DNA of 64,000 nucleotides, taken from contig OX597816.1 in NCBI GenBank assembly GCA_951406725.2, positions 142,910,001 through 142,974,000 of the forward strand, read 5' to 3'. Shown one piece after another: positions 23,538-39,237 of this stretch. The notes under the pieces were generated by a model. The model had not been told where the DNA came from. It was given only the letters and a program-made list of their open reading frames with translations, and made no database searches. The first letter of the stretch is position 1; each line of letters starts with the position of its first letter. The stretch is from Octopus vulgaris. Its lineage: Eukaryota. The position numbers and the translations under genes were made by a program.

Positions 23538-26500
23538 TGTGTATATATATATCATATACATACATCCATATATATCATATACATCCATATATACATATCA
23601 TATACATATCATATATATACATCCATATATACATACATCTGTATATATATATCATATATATATATACATACATCTGTATATATATCCACACACACATATA
23701 TATATAATCTTTTTGTTTTCAAAGAGAGGAAAATACTCAAAATCAAAAAAGCCCCTCTTTACTGCAGATATAGAACATAAAAATTGTGAAAATTATTAGA
23801 ATGACAAGAACCAATGACACTTTTAATATGTCTATTCTAATATCATAATCTATTGTATTAGATCAAATGTAATATTAATCAACGATCACAATTTTATCTC
23901 CAAGACAATTCTCTAGGATTAATCTAATACTGAATCACTTAATAAATCATTCTTTTAATTATGAATGAGACAGATGAACTATTAATTAAAACTTAAATGT
24001 CTAAAAGGGAAGACAAGAAATATAAATAATGATTTCAAATTTTGGCACAAGGCCAGCAAATTCGGGTGTGGGGTGGGGGAATAAGTCGATGACATTGACC
24101 CCAGAGTTTAACTGGTGCTTATTTTATCAACCCCAAAAGGATGAAAGGTAAAGACAGCCTTGGTGGAATTTGAACTCAGAATGTAGAGATGGATGAAATG
24201 CTGCTAAGCATTTTGCCCAGTGTGGTAATTATTCTGCCAGCTCACCACCTTAGTACTATATAAATAATGATGACAGTAATCGATTCTTAGGCATAGGACC
24301 CATTTTGTGTATGGTATTTGGCGATGAATTACAGTCAGTTGCATCAACCATAGCACAGTATGATAGCTGGTTTCATCGAGTCTGGCAGGAGGAAATGCAA
24401 GTTAACTCAAGTGAGGTTTAAACTAAGATAATTTTTCTGACTGAATTAGAAAATTTTTATACACTATTTATATTATATCTATGTAACATTTCAATCAGCG
24501 TGGTCTCAAATTGTTATCAGGTGTCTTATTTCTGGATATGTTACTATTAAACAGAGTTTGAATGATGAATCTCTAGTTTATTTCTAAACTAAAGTGTTGG
24601 GAACTATATACAAAGTGATCAACACAATATAGTTGTAAATACTGTAAAAAATACTTTTTTCATATAGATTATTAGCTTGAAAAATTATCATATATGTACA
24701 GTCTGCATATTGATGAGTGCATACATATAAGTATATAAGGGCGGGGTAGATTTTAAAATATTTTAGAAGTTTTTGAGAGGTTCAAAAGTGAATTACTAAC
24801 AAAGTTTTACTTTATTACTAACAAATATCCAAAAACAGAACGAATTGGTGAAACTGATCATTAAAATTAACTGCTTAGAAATCAACTAACAAATATATTA
24901 GTCAGTAAACTAAAGTATTCTATAAATTATTCAGAATTAAAATAAGTATTTTTCTATAAGGGTGTTGCTGGTGGGTAGAATCACAAACTGTAAACAGGTA
25001 AAATTGAAGATGAAGTTCTAAAAAAAAAAAAAAAAAAGGTAAACCCTTTCATCACTACATTTTTAATTTCTAGAAAGTCTGTTTTAGTTAATTTACAGTG
25101 TAATCAAGACTGATGGAGAACAAATTTAATAAAGCATTTTTAATTGTATACATTTGTTTTTTTTTTTCTTGACACAAGGCTGGATCTGATCAAACAGATG
25201 AGCTAAATTCCAGCTATGACCATCTCATCTATACAACTGCACTGGTGTTGGCCAAATGAAATCTTTTTCATGTTTTAAAAAGATTTTGCCTTGTGACTCT
25301 AAATATGAACACTAATGTGAGCAGTTTTGGTAAATTGGTATAAAAAAAGATACCAGAGAGAGAGGAGGTAGAGACATCATAGGGGGAACGATAAGAAAAC
25401 ACTGGTCTAAAGATAACAAAAGGAAAAATGTCACACATTACTGTATAAAATTTGTGGTATTAGAACACTGATTATTTGAATTTGCAAAGCTTTATTAGAT
25501 GAAAGAGGTTAGATATTTTAAAATACAGAGACAAAAAGAGAATGTAAAATTGCATAAAATTAAAAACAAAAGTTGTTTAACTTCCAATATGAATTTAAAA
25601 ATTGAGAGATAAATGTTTGTAAAAAATATATCACATTGTGAAAGGCAGATTTTAAACATTTTTTTTTTCATCAGGAAGCATTGCCAGGGGTATTAAAGGA
25701 AGGAATTATCTATTTATTTGTACAATATACTGTTATGTGGGGAGGAGAATAGGACTGGATTCAAAGCAAATAACAAATATAGTACAACATCAATTGAGAA
25801 AAAAAAAACAATTTTTTTTTTTTTTTGGTTTTACCTGAATACATTAACTTTCAGAATAGAATACAATAAAATACTGAGAGGTTCGTGGTTCATTTTTTGC
25901 TTTTTTTTATGATTAATTTTGATTTTTTTTTTTAAGTAAAAAAAGTTATTAACATTTTTCATTGGAAGCACTTTAGAAAGTCTTAAGTTCATAAATAGAA
26001 TTAAGTATTGGGTTATTGCTTATTGGAAAATGTTAGAAATGTTTATCCATCAGAAAGTTGCAGCTGCAATAACGTAACTATTAGTATAGCTATGATAGCA
26101 ACAAAAACTTCTTTTGAATTCACTTAGGCAATATTCTTAATATAAGTTAATAAATTCCTGTCCGATCATTATTTAACTGCAGTTAGGCCTTGCAAGATAA
26201 AACTTAAATTTTCTTTTTAAATAACAGGAAATTTACTTGAGACATGTAGATTGTTTCAACCAACTCCAAACTGTACTTTCTAACAACCATAAAAACACTC
26301 GAGATTAATCGATTGATCCCAGTATTATTTATAATTATATAAAAAAAGAAAAAAAAATGGTAAAAACATCACAGAAGAAGAAATTGCTTTGTCATTTACT
26401 TCAAGTTTGTATTACAAGTTGTCAAATATTGATTTCTAACTAAGGCAAAGTTGCATATTTTAGATGAGGTGGAAATTAAAGTTCCATTTTTCTAAAAGGC

Positions 26501-29500
26501 ATTTAGTGGCATTCATGAAGTGACAAAGAAGACAAACAGTACTGTAGACTTAGCTTGTCTGTAGCTTAGATATTGTTTCATCCTCTACAAGACTTACTAC
26601 TACTGTACTATCAAGGAAGGTTTCCTAGTACTGATAGAAAGGTGTATAATCAAGTGATTTAACAACTTCAGTATAAACAGATGTGGAAGAGGACCAAATT
26701 ACTTTTAAAGTGGTAGACTTAATCTGTTGCTTCATTTAGTACCACCATCTGGTTTATGGATGTCTTTAGTAGAGTGCATTCTGTTGCAAAGTTTTACACT
26801 GGCTCCCTAATCTGAAAGGAGTTCTTCCCATCAGTCTTGGAGTCCCTGAATGAGTGCTACTTTGCCTCCTCTGACTGAATCATTAAAAATAAATTTTAAA
26901 TTGGTAAAAAATTTTTTATGTAATTAAGATAAAACCACCCAAGTCTTGTACCTATTTTACTGACCCCATTGGAATTTGAAACAGAGAAATGAAATTTTAT
27001 TCTGAAAGGTAATTTAGTTGAACACTACCATTTCTACCACAACACAGCCTCACAAGTATTTATATTTGCAACAATGACTGGTATGTATGTAGTTATTTAT
27101 GGAGTTTGTTTTATCTATACTACCAGAAAAAAAGGACATTTTATTTAGCCATTGCTCTTACAAGAAAACGAAGAGATTTAATTTGTGAAACTGTTTTGAA
27201 ATATTGGGTGTTGAGAAAGCTCCTTAATGATAAATGGTACGATCAAACAGTTTATAAACACATAATCCTCGTAAAGAAAAGATGGCAATGTCACTTTGTA
27301 TTTTTAACTTAAGCTCAACACAACAAATTTGGAGTTGATTACATTGACTAGGTATTTGACTGCTACCTATTTTATCAATCTGCCAAAAAGATGAAAAGCA
27401 AAGTCAACCATAACAATATATGAACTTGGAATGCAACAAAATACCATGAGATATTTTATCCAAAACTATATATTTCTCTATTTCACTAACCTATGTATTG
27501 CATACAGACAACTGTCTGTAAATTCAAATTGGAAGCAACAAAATTCTGAGAGGCTTAAAGAAGTTAACTTAATTATTTCTAATTCAATAGAAATGGATAT
27601 GACAGCTTGTAAGAAAAAGGTGGAGAGAACTTGTCTTTAGCTTAGCCTTATAAAACGTATTGCATATACATAAACTATGAAAGCAGTAACAATGTATTCA
27701 AGAATAATAATGACAGGCTTAATGCCATCCATAGATAGAGTTGATTAAATCAAGCCAGGACTTGACTGTTGCTTTGCTTTTCAGCCTTCTGGAATTAATA
27801 AAATAGTCAACTTCAGAATGTAAAAGGGCATGACAAAATACCACATGGCATTTTGTTGGATGCTGTACCAATTTTGATACTCCACCATCCTAGACAACAA
27901 CGATGATGATAAGAACATCATACTAAATTATTCAAAATTATGACATTAAAGTTTAAATGGTACAAAAAATATGTTAATCATGTGAAATTTTAAGTGAGCA
28001 GTTTCTTCAGAAAAGAAATTGTAATGGAGGGATTGAATGCAAATAATTGATAGCTGCAGACATTATTCCATTCGATGCTTCACTAAGCAACATTGAATGA
28101 AATATGCACAGTTTTATTTAAGATGTTTGTGTACACTTGGACATGGAAAGACAATACGCTGCACAAGTTGTCTTGAGAGAAGAAATTTTCCTTACAAACA
28201 ATATTTTCACTTGAGATAACTAGTGCAATGTATTGCTTTTCGATGTCTGAATGTAAACAAACATGTTAAATAAAACTGTACATAACTATATTTTATATAT
28301 ATATTACTCACACACACTGTCATAAATTATATGATAATATCGTAAAAGTAACTAATCAGTTGCTTTGTGATAATTTCCTTTAAATATGAGGAGCATTCCA
28401 AAGGTTTTGAGACTTTTTTGGGAGAGGCAATTGTATGTATATTGTGATGAATAAGTTAGCAGTTAAAATTTTAATGTATTATAATTATATGTTAAACTTC
28501 TGAAAGTAAGATATCACTGTTTGTGGCAATTCAGTGGGATAGCTCAGACTTTATAATTTAACTTACATGCTACAAGAAACGTTGATTTTTTTTTTTTAAT
28601 ATAAGTTCAACTTGATTAACTGTCTAAATGTCTGAGACATGTTCTTGATAATAAGCTTGTAATTTTTAAAACCATTAACCTCATCTATACAAGTGAGAGA
28701 TGTTTCGATACTATGCTTTGGTCAGTGAGTCTTATTGTCATGTGGGTGTAAAAAGTAAGATATTTTCTTCAATAAAGATGAAGGTGTTAGTCTAAAGAAT
28801 TATGGTTCTAAGAATTATACTTCTAAAAATCAAAAAATAAATTGGCATTAAAAAAAAAATTTCAAAAATGTTGCTTCAGTGTCTGTTCTATTTTTTAATC
28901 ATGTATAAATGGGCGTGTGTGAGAAGAATATGCACACATACACACACCTGAAAGTACAGACATAAGATACTTCTCTCTAAAACATTTGCCATTGTAATTC
29001 AGTACAAAATTTCAAATATAAACCATTTGATATGTACTATATATATATATATAAATTGGGTGGGTGAGTGGGGGAAGTCATGGAAATATTGGCTACAACA
29101 AACAAAATGAAAAACCAAAATTAAAAATACATACTTCAAGAATTGTGTGCAAGTGTGTGTATACAAAACATTAAAATAATATCAAAATTGCAACTTAAAG
29201 ACCAAAATTATGACATTATTTTTCAGTGAATAATGGAGGGAAAACAAATGGTTTTCTTGTTTTTTAATGTAAAAATGTTGGGACAAGCAAAACATTTTCT
29301 ATGAATTTTTCTAAGCACCAAATATTCTGGGAACTTTCAAGGATATGTTTATGGAATAGCATCTTTTTCGTTCGATAATATTCTAGTAATTCAAGATGTC
29401 ATGTTTGTTCTTCTCGATTGTACAAAGTATAAAGAAAATATTGTCACATAAAATGGAATATAAAATTATAAAACTGGGAGAATAAATTTGAAAAATATCA

Positions 29501-31783
29501 ACTCGCTAAAAAAGAAAAGAAAAAAACAGATTCAAGGGGAACAACCCATCATTCTGCGTAGCATTTGTTGGTTGATTCATGAGAAAGTGACGAATAATGG
29601 AAATAATGATCATGACTGAGTTACTTCCCTTGCAATACACCTTGAAATGAGAAGAAAAAAAGACAACCGTATATATTAGGTGACGATAACACACAGTAAT
29701 CGTTTGATCGGATACAAATAACCCAATCGCTTTCAAATCACTACAGTCTTTATATTAATAATACAAGTAAGAACACATTGAACATAATGGTCATCCTAGA
29801 TCTGCTCATTTAGAGTTGATGTGGGACTTACATCCTTTTATCTAAAGAGAAACCTTGCAATCTTTTATGCAGAGACTAGAATGACTGCCCATGCAGTCGC
29901 TTCACTTAGAAATAGCAAGCAAATCTCTCTCAGATAACATACCACCATCTTAAACGAAAGCTAATTGGATTATGTAGTAGTCTCTTACAAAACCTTTTTT
30001 TCCAAATTTTAAGCCTCAAAATTAGGGCGTTTCCTATACACATTAAAATACAGTATATACACACGTATGTACATATGGGTGAGTGTATTTTACTGACTGT
30101 TTGCCATTGCATCACGTGATACTTCTGATCTTCTGAGGAAATATATCTGGTCATGGAGAAATATTACTTACTTAGAAATGGTGAGGGTTGGTATTAGGAA
30201 GGACATCCAGGACGGAATTTATTGAGGCATTCAATAACGTCCGTCCAGCCCATGCAAACATAGAACAGTAGATGTTAAAAGAATGATGAAGAAGCTAGTT
30301 CTCCAATACTTTATCCAATTAGCCATTTCATTCAAGTGGGGTAACAGTACGAATAAAAATAATCCCATACATCCCAATATAAAGAAACTTCAATCAGGAA
30401 ATAATTATAAACTAGAGTACAGGAATTAATTAGGTAGTAGTGAGAAAATAGAAAGAACAAATATAAGTATTTTCCGCATAACTAAATCCATCAACAGATT
30501 ACATACATAAGTATTAGATACAAACAAACATAAATAACCCCCCCACTTCCCTGTCAGTTTCATAACTATTCCAGTTGTTCAATCAAGTGACTTAATTATT
30601 GAATTAGCTTCTAAGTGGCTATGTATTCCACAAGTGTGTGCATTATTAATTCTTAGACGTAATCAGTGTCACAATGACATGGTTACCTCACAGGCTTGGC
30701 TGACCCAAAGCTATAGTATAAGAAACTTATTCAGTGGTATTGAGCACAATATCTCATTATTATTGCAATACAAACTTTTTTAATGTCTTGGCCATATTTG
30801 CACCTACTTTTTATACACACACACACAGATATATAGACATTCAAGCACCATCCGAATGTGGCCGATGCCAGCGCCGCCTTGACTGGCTTCTGTGCCGGTG
30901 GCATGTAAACAGCACCAACCGATCGTGGCCACTGCCAGCCTCCCCTGGCACCTGTACCGGTGGCACGTAAAAAGCACCCACTACACTCACGGAGTGGTTG
31001 GCGTTAGGAAGGATATCCAGCTGTAGAAACACTGCCAGATCAGACTGGAGCCTAGTGCAGCCTCCTGGCTTCCCAGACCCCGGTCAAACCGTCCAACCTG
31101 TGCTAGCACAGAAAATGGACGTTAAACGATGATGATGATCATCATCATTTAAATATCCACTTTTTCATGCTTGCATGGATCACATGGGATTAATTGAAGC
31201 AAATTTCCAAAGGCTGAACGGCCTTGTCACCAACCCTCATCTGGTAATAATCTTTTCACCTATCAAACAGTAAACAACTCAGACATTGTTACACTGTGAA
31301 CTAAAACAAATAACACTATGAACCTTTTGTTTTCAATGATTGCACAACATGTTAAGACATATCAAGCAGCACTGACATGCTTTTCACAACTGACTGCAAG
31401 TAAAGGCCAAAACTTGTATTATTGTTTACAGTCAGTAAACATGCATGAAGATAAGGGGAAAATACAAACCCCATTCACAAACAGACACACACAATATATG
31501 ACAGACTTCTTTAGTTTCTATCAACCAATTTCACTCACAAAGTATTGGTTGACCCACAATTGTATATAGAATGCCTGCTGACAACAGTCAGGCAACAGAA
31601 CCGAACCCCTAACCACATGTTTCTAAAATGAACTTCTTGACCACACAGCTATGCCTGTACCTATACAAACATCTATTTTACATTCAAATCAAAAACAAAA
31701 TATTTGTGAAAAAGAAATTCACCAAATGGAATAAAAGATTCAGTAAAGGAAGGAAATATAACTTACCAAATTGAAGTTGTCAT

Positions 31784-31807
31784 TCATGAAGGCATACTCA
31801 GAGATTC
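31784..31807 (-). CDS. Probable last coding exon (ESLSMPS*), exon extends to 31767
   Basis: tttgtctttCAG acceptor and TTG|GTAAGT donor. In phase with the 32795 donor. Confidence 0.45.
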   Translation of the reverse strand, partial: ESLSMPS

Positions 31808-32794
31808 CTGAAAGACAAAAGAACAGAAATACTAATGAAAATGAAACTAATGAAATAATGAATGATAAAATGAAAAATATTACCTTAAAATAAATTACTG
31901 TATTGATTTTATATATTATGTAACTACACAACTGGCACCTGTGCCAGTGGCACATAAAAGCATCCATTACACAAAGTGGTTGGCATTAGGAAGGGCATCC
32001 AGCCATAGAAACCATGACAAATCAGACTGGAGTCTGGTGCAGCCTCTCTGCTTACTGGCCCTGGTCAAACTGTCCAGCATGGACAATGGATGTTAAATGA
32101 TTACAATGATGATTTATATATGTGTGTGTGAGATCGTTGCCAATGCCGCTAAACTGGCTCCTCTGCAGGTGGAACATAAAATGCACCATTTGAGTATGGC
32201 CGTTGCCAGCACCGCCTGACTGGCCCTTGTGTTGGTGGCACATAAAAGCACCCACTACACTCTCGGAGTGGTTGGTGTTAGGAAGGGCATCCAGCTGTAG
32301 AAACTCTGCCACATCAGATTGGAGTCTGGTGCAGCCATCTGGTTCACCAGAACTCAGTCAAATCATCCAACCCATGCTAGCATGGAAAGCGGACGTTAAA
32401 CGATGATGATACACACACACATTTTCTCTTCTCTTCCTGTCTCTATAACTCTTTCTCTTTCACACTGCATATATATGACGTGTAGGGTTTCATTACTTAT
32501 TGGCTGCTACCAAGCCTAGCATGTGCACTCATCCTACAGTCTTACGTTAATTCTCCCTCTATCTCACTCTCTCTCTCCCATATATATATAATGAAAGACA
32601 TCACTGGAGAAATCAGCAAAACAATCAACATTTATTTACATCAACTATTATAATGCAAAGTATCATCATTATTATTACTACTACAATTCACAAATGCATC
32701 TGGAAATGAAATAAATTATCTCAAGAAAACTGTTTTTAAATTGTAATCAAAAACTGAAATTAACAAAATAAAATAAAATATTGTAAAAACAAAC

Positions 32795-32990
32795 CTTTGC
32801 TTGCGTTATAAGATTTTCCCTAAGTTGATAAACATCCATTTCTGAAGGGAGCATTTGATGTTCGGAAGACAATTGTCCTTGTTCCCATAAGTGAGAATAT
32901 AGTTCATGGTCCGTAATGCTGATAGGGCTACTGAGATCATTGACAATCCTTTGTGTTGGTGCTAATCTATGGAAAATATCCAGTGCTTCA
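32795..32990 (-). CDS. Coding exon of an uncharacterised gene
   Basis: Polypyrimidine-TAG acceptor, 65 open codons (EALDIFHRLAPTQRIVNDLSSP...LRENLITQAK) and AAG|GTTTGT donor. Confidence 0.65.
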
Positions 32991-33636
32991 CTATAGATGA
33001 TAACAGAAAAAGAAAAAAATTTATATATATGAATATATATGATGATGATGAATGTCATCATATATATTTGAATATTAAATACTGACTTCATAGTATGACA
33101 TATTTTACAGATAATGTTCAGTCATGTTCAATTAAATTTCTTAAATCACATCCATACCTCTGTAGTCTTTTTCATAGATTTATTTTACTTTGTAATAGCA
33201 TATTATTATTATATATCAAAGCCTTACATCACACATTTTCAATTTACTCACTAGTACCCTTTACCACTCTCAGAGTATCTGTGAGCAAAGGTTATAGAGG
33301 TATAACTAAAGATTTTGATACAAAATAAAATACAAGACTATTACAAATTAAAATAAATATTGAAAATCATAATATATACATTTTAGATGGCTAACATGAC
33401 TACTACAATGTAAGTATCAAGGTATCTATGTGTAGTTAAATGGATATCATCACTACTACAATGTGAGCATAATATGTTAAAGAAAAAAGTAGTCAGAATT
33501 GTGTATTAACTATTTACTAAGTGCTTTCATCCCCTTTAGGGATTTGTCACGAATTATTGATGACTGTCATTAAAAAGATTACTGCATACCATAGTAGAGA
33601 TGAACAGATTTCATTCTGGTTGAGTCAGTCCCTTGC

Positions 33637-33735
33637 TACTCTGAGTTTTATGTGTGGCTGCAGAGTCTTCAGGCATGTTATGACTGTTGTAACATACCTG
33701 AAGACCCTATGCACCCACATGCTAAACTCAGAGTA
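33637..33735. repeat. Short inverted repeat with decayed hammerhead-like core
   Basis: TACTCTGAGTTT...TCTTCAGG.ATGTTA / TAACAT.CCTGAAGA...AAACTCAGAGTA. Confidence 0.55.
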
Positions 33736-36259
33736 TTGAGAGACAGAAGTGACCAAAATTGTGTGTGTGTGTGTACAGAGATAGAGAGAGATGAGGCAAA
33801 TAAACAAATAAAACTGCTTAGGCTAGACACATATAATATACATATATATATATATATTTATGTCAATAGAGAGGGACAATGACTGAAGATATATTTATAC
33901 ATTCACATATATTTATATATATTAACAGAACATATTTACAGAGTACAAAGACACCGAAAACTGAGGAAAGAAGGTATGGCATTTCAGGTCCATGCATCAC
34001 TATCTCCATATCTGCTCACCTGATTTCTCGTATAACAACTCTTTACTCTGCAGACTTAGTCCTTGATAAATATTTTAGAGTGTAAGTCCAAATCTTTTGA
34101 GCACTATTGTTCTCTATATTGAGCATCTCTGGATCTCATCTGTTGACTCTCTCTCATATGTGTGTGTACACGCACACATATGCACAGACATGTACACACA
34201 AAAATGTGTTAGTTTGTTTACGACCCCTAATTTAGCAAGACATACAGTAAGTTCTGGGATCACTGGGGTAGATTTATTTGACTAAACCCTTCAAGGTGGT
34301 GGCCCAGCACGGTCACTGTCCAATGACTGAAACAAGTAAAAGATATGTATACACACACACATATATATATGGTTATATGTATATGTATAAATATATATGT
34401 ATTCGTGTGCGTAATATATATGTATATTTGCACCAACAGGCACATCACATGATGTTCCACACATCAGGTATCACAGAGCAATACGAGATGAAGCGTTTTG
34501 CTCAAAAACACAATGAAACACTCGGTCCAGGAACTGAAACAATGTTCTCATTATTCTGAGTGCAACACCCTTAACCACTGAGCCATGTGTCCTTTCACAC
34601 ACATATAGAAAATGTATGCATATATAGATAGATATATGTTGGTGTATAAATACACACAAACATATACATACACACATTCAGATATATATATTTCTATGTT
34701 TGTCTGTGTGTCTTCATAATGTTAGTGACATTGGTTTATGGCTAACATAAGTTACCCAGTACCTCAGTTGTTGCTGACCAGTGGAATAATGTATTGAAAT
34801 CAAGGACATCCTGCCCTAAACTGCCACAGAGCAGAAATTCAAGGGAAGTTTACCTACTGCTCTGTTACTGATATTGCCAACCACCCCGACCATACTGAGC
34901 AGCTGAACTGAATATCCCTGGACCAGTGAAGAAGATTACAATGATATTGTGTCATTTTTAGCACAATGTACGTTCTCTCCTCTTATGACTGTTTTATATC
35001 AAGTTATAAGAAAAACAATTCAACAGTAAACTGAAGAATCACCCAATACTTTTTAGTAGAGGACTGACCAGGCCAAAACTCTGAGATTGCTGTCGCACAT
35101 CTCCTTGTAAAAGTTTAATAAATATACAAACATATGTGTATTGTTTCATGTGTATTTTTTTATTTTTTATTTGTGTCAGTCATTTGACTGTGACCATGTT
35201 GGAGCACCACCTTTAGTCAAACAAATCAACCCCAGGACTTATTCTATGTAAGCCTAGTACTTATTCTATAAGTCTCTTTTGCTGAACTACTAGGTTATGG
35301 GGGATGTAAACACACCAGCATCAGTTGTCAAGTGATGGTGGCAGGGACGAACACAGACACACAAACATATACATATAATATATATATACGACAGGCTTTT
35401 TCAAATTTCTGTCTGCCAAATCCATTCACAAGGCTTTGGTTGGCCCGAGGCTATAGTAGCAGACACTTGCCCAAGGTGCAACGCAGTGGGACTGAACCCA
35501 GAACCATGTGGTTGGTTAGCAAGCTAGTTACCACACAACCACTCCTGTGTGTATATATGTGAAAAGATACAATAAAACTGCAAGGATAGTATTAGAAATA
35601 TACGAAAACAAAAGTGAAACAAAATTTTTTAAAATAGCTTCATATATCATTTAAATTAGAGTTGGGGAAACCCCCACCCGTATGCACAAATGCGCCTGCA
35701 AGCCCATTTTACTGCACCCACAGGTTGGCATACTCATATGTACAGAATATAGTCAATTTTTCAATTATAATATTTATACAATACTCGTATGCCTTTTTGT
35801 GACAGGTCACATTTCCACTATGACTTAAAATGGTTATGCTCAATCAGAAAATTGTCCAGTAATTGCCATTTGAATGGAAATTTTGTTTTCACTATAAAAC
35901 ACATATTGCTAAGTTTGTACCACCTCCTTGAGACTCAACTAAAATCTAGCTAAAAAATTTAGAATACCTCATGAGTAATATAAATGTCCTAAATTCAGCA
36001 GCAGCATTAATGAAGATGTTACGTGTTAATTTAATGTATTAAACTTATCTTCATTAATGTATATCAAATTATATATAGATATATATATATATACAAAATT
36101 TACCAAGATATAAGTGTTAGAACTTATGATCTGCCTGCAGACCTTTTTTTTCTTTTTTGGGGAAATTTTTGCACACCACACTGAATCCCCACCCCTGATT
36201 TAAATACTAAAGAAACTTATGAATCATTGTACACACACCCCCATACATACATACATACT

Positions 36260-36750
36260 AGAAATCAAAAAGCAAGCACATCATGCGGCAAACTTGAGAT
36301 GATGCTATGCCCAGACAGAGGTATTATAGCTTACACAAAAAAATCAGTGTTTACAAGACATTCATACTGACAACACTCTTGTATGCTTGCGAAACATGGG
36401 CAACTCATAGTAGATACATAAAAATACTTGAGAGATTCCACCACAAATGCCTCAGAAGAATACTGAAGGTGAAATGGGAAGATCTGCTGTCAGATATATA
36501 TGGAAATGCTTCAGAGGGCAGGCTGTGCATCTTTTGAATTACAGTATAAATTAAAATGCAATAAGCAGAGCACCTTGTATGTCTGTCAAATGTAAGGCCA
36601 CTCAAACGGTTATTTTATGGGGAATTACAATTTGGAAAATGATTTCAATATTAGCAAAAGAAACAGTACAAAGACTGCATTCATGACAACTTAATGAAAT
36701 TGAGAGAAAGTAACTGATAGAAACAGATGGAGATAAAAGATGATGCTGTT
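36260..36750 (+). mobile_element. RTE (BovB-like) LINE remnant
   Basis: KISVYK..ILTTLLYACETW...LERFHHKCLRRILKVKWED motif. Confidence 0.75.
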
Positions 36751-37667
36751 CAGAGACATGACAAACATCATAAAATAGGGAACAGCAAGCTTAGACAACA
36801 AGCTAGTTTTTCATTTTATATCCTGTCACTGACACTGAAGGCCTAAATTCTATACTTCTGTAGAAAATTTGCACTTTCAGCCAACATAGAGGAGACAAGT
36901 GAAACTCATTAGATTGTCTTAGTTATAATTTAAGTTCAGAAGCATGTTTTGCTATATTTTATTTGTTTTGATCATTGGAATATGGCCATACTGGGGTACC
37001 ATGTTAAAGGGATTTAGTCAAACAGGTTCCTTCCCCACCAGTACTAAGTTTTTTTAAGTCTGACATTCTATCAGTGTCACCCCACCACCCTTGTATATGT
37101 ACTATGGGCTTCCACACAGTTTCCATCTACCAAATTCATTCACAAGGAATTAGTAAGCCTGGAGCTATAGCAGAAGATGCTTGCTTAAGTTATCAGACAG
37201 TGGGAGTGAATCCAAAACCATGTAATTGCAAAGCAAGCTTCTTAACCACACAGCAATGTCTGTGCCTGCTTTATTATGAAAAAAATAACAGAAAATCCAG
37301 ATCTTCAAATTTTGAAGTTAATTATACAAACTGCTGCAGAAAGTTTTATTCCCCCTCTTTTTGAAATCTACACTTCAAGTCTTGTGACAAAATAATACAT
37401 CATCATTGTTTAATATCTGCCTTCCATGCTGGCATGGGTTGGACAGTTTGACAGGAGCTGGCCAGGCAGAAGACTGCCTTTCCTAACATCAACCACCCCA
37501 CAAAGTTTTAAAATAGAGAATTCATTTGTGACAAATGCTTTAATCCATTTTTTAACTATGTTTCTGACAAAAATGCTTTTATCAAGAATTTGGAGTGAGC
37601 TTAGTTAAAACAGAAACTTTAAGCTTTCTGAATGGATTTGATAGATGGAAACTGTAAGAAGCCTGTG

Positions 37668-37719
<52 letters not shown>

Positions 37720-38350
37720 ATGTGCGCATGTGTCTTTGTATTTGTCCTCACCATTGCTTGACAACTGGTGTTTATTTATGTCCCCATAACTTAGTAATTC
37801 AGCAAAAGACACTGATAAGTACCAAACTTTAAAAAAGAAAAGTACTGGGGTTAATTTGTTCTATGCCCCAGCATGGTCACAATCCTAAGACTGACACAAG
37901 TAAAAGGTAATAATGAATGCAGGTTGGTATTGAAAGGTTTAAAGTAAGCACTATAAAATAACAGGTGAATTTTGTTTGGTTGTTGGTATACAGTAATTTT
38001 TGAACAACTATTAAGATACTAATGTTCAAGTATGAAGATGATACAATTTCAGCTCTACTTCTGTAGAAATAAGAAGAATATATTTTGCATTCATAAATGT
38101 ATGTGTGTATGATAATTTACATATATATATATTTATTATTAATTACATGCTTAACATATATGCTATGTGTATTTGTCAGTATGCTGCAATTTGGCATGGT
38201 GGAGATTACTCTCTCAATGCACTTTGAGATAGTAATCTCAACTATGTCAAATCACAACTTACCGGCAAATACACAAAAATTTGACATCAAGTATGTGTGG
38301 TCAATAATGTTTATTACACTAGCACTGCTTCTATTTCATATTTTAACATA

Positions 38351-38410
<60 letters not shown>

Positions 38411-38871
38411 CATATGTATATTGTGTTAGTAAGTTGTCCATAAGTCAGAGAAAAAAAGCACACTCAATATGAGTAATAGAGTGGTTATATTGCAGAGGAG
38501 TATGTTACTTGTAACTGATTAGAATAAAACCAACAGTAACCTTCTGACAATTTTATGTTATAACCAGTAATATACTGTTCAATGATGTAAGTTTTTTTTT
38601 ACTACTTCTACTTCTCCACCCTACTGTCATTATATAACTTCTTTATCCTGGTTATGTTATTGATAATTATGGAAATAATATATGAAATGAAAGATGCAAT
38701 GGCCCACATGGATGGATACATAGAGAGGCAGATATTATAAATGCAAAGGCACAACACAGTAAGCATTAGAAAACCAAAGGTAAACTTTAAGTAGCTAAAA
38801 CTACAATTTTAAGCATTCCATTATGTAACTTTAAACAGATGTGTGTGTGTGTGCGAATATATATATTTTAT

Positions 38872-39237
38872 AATAATAATAATATAAGGGAATATTATTC
38901 CAAACTTACAGGGGAAAATTCAATTTAGAAATACTAAGTCAAATTTCGCAAAATATAATATATACATATAAATTAGAAAAAGACCACCTTTTATCAATTC
39001 AACAATTAAAAATTTAATTATACCATTTAGAAAAATTACATATTAAAATATATCCCTTTCTAGATGGTATAGGAATATCCTTCAAAGATGAATTCCCAAA
39101 AAGTAGTTCTATTTTACCTGTAAGTTCCATAAGCAACGATAATGAGGGTAAACTCTCAGAAACGTTAGCTATAAATATAATATAATAATAATATGAGGGA
39201 ATATTATTCCAAACTTACAGGGAAAAATTCAATTTAG

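Noticed and set aside
33990-38330. Exons linking 39302 to 32990 (candidates near 34020, 34855-34918, 38262-38329)
   Set aside because: Splice-like signals exist but phases or stop codons are incompatible.
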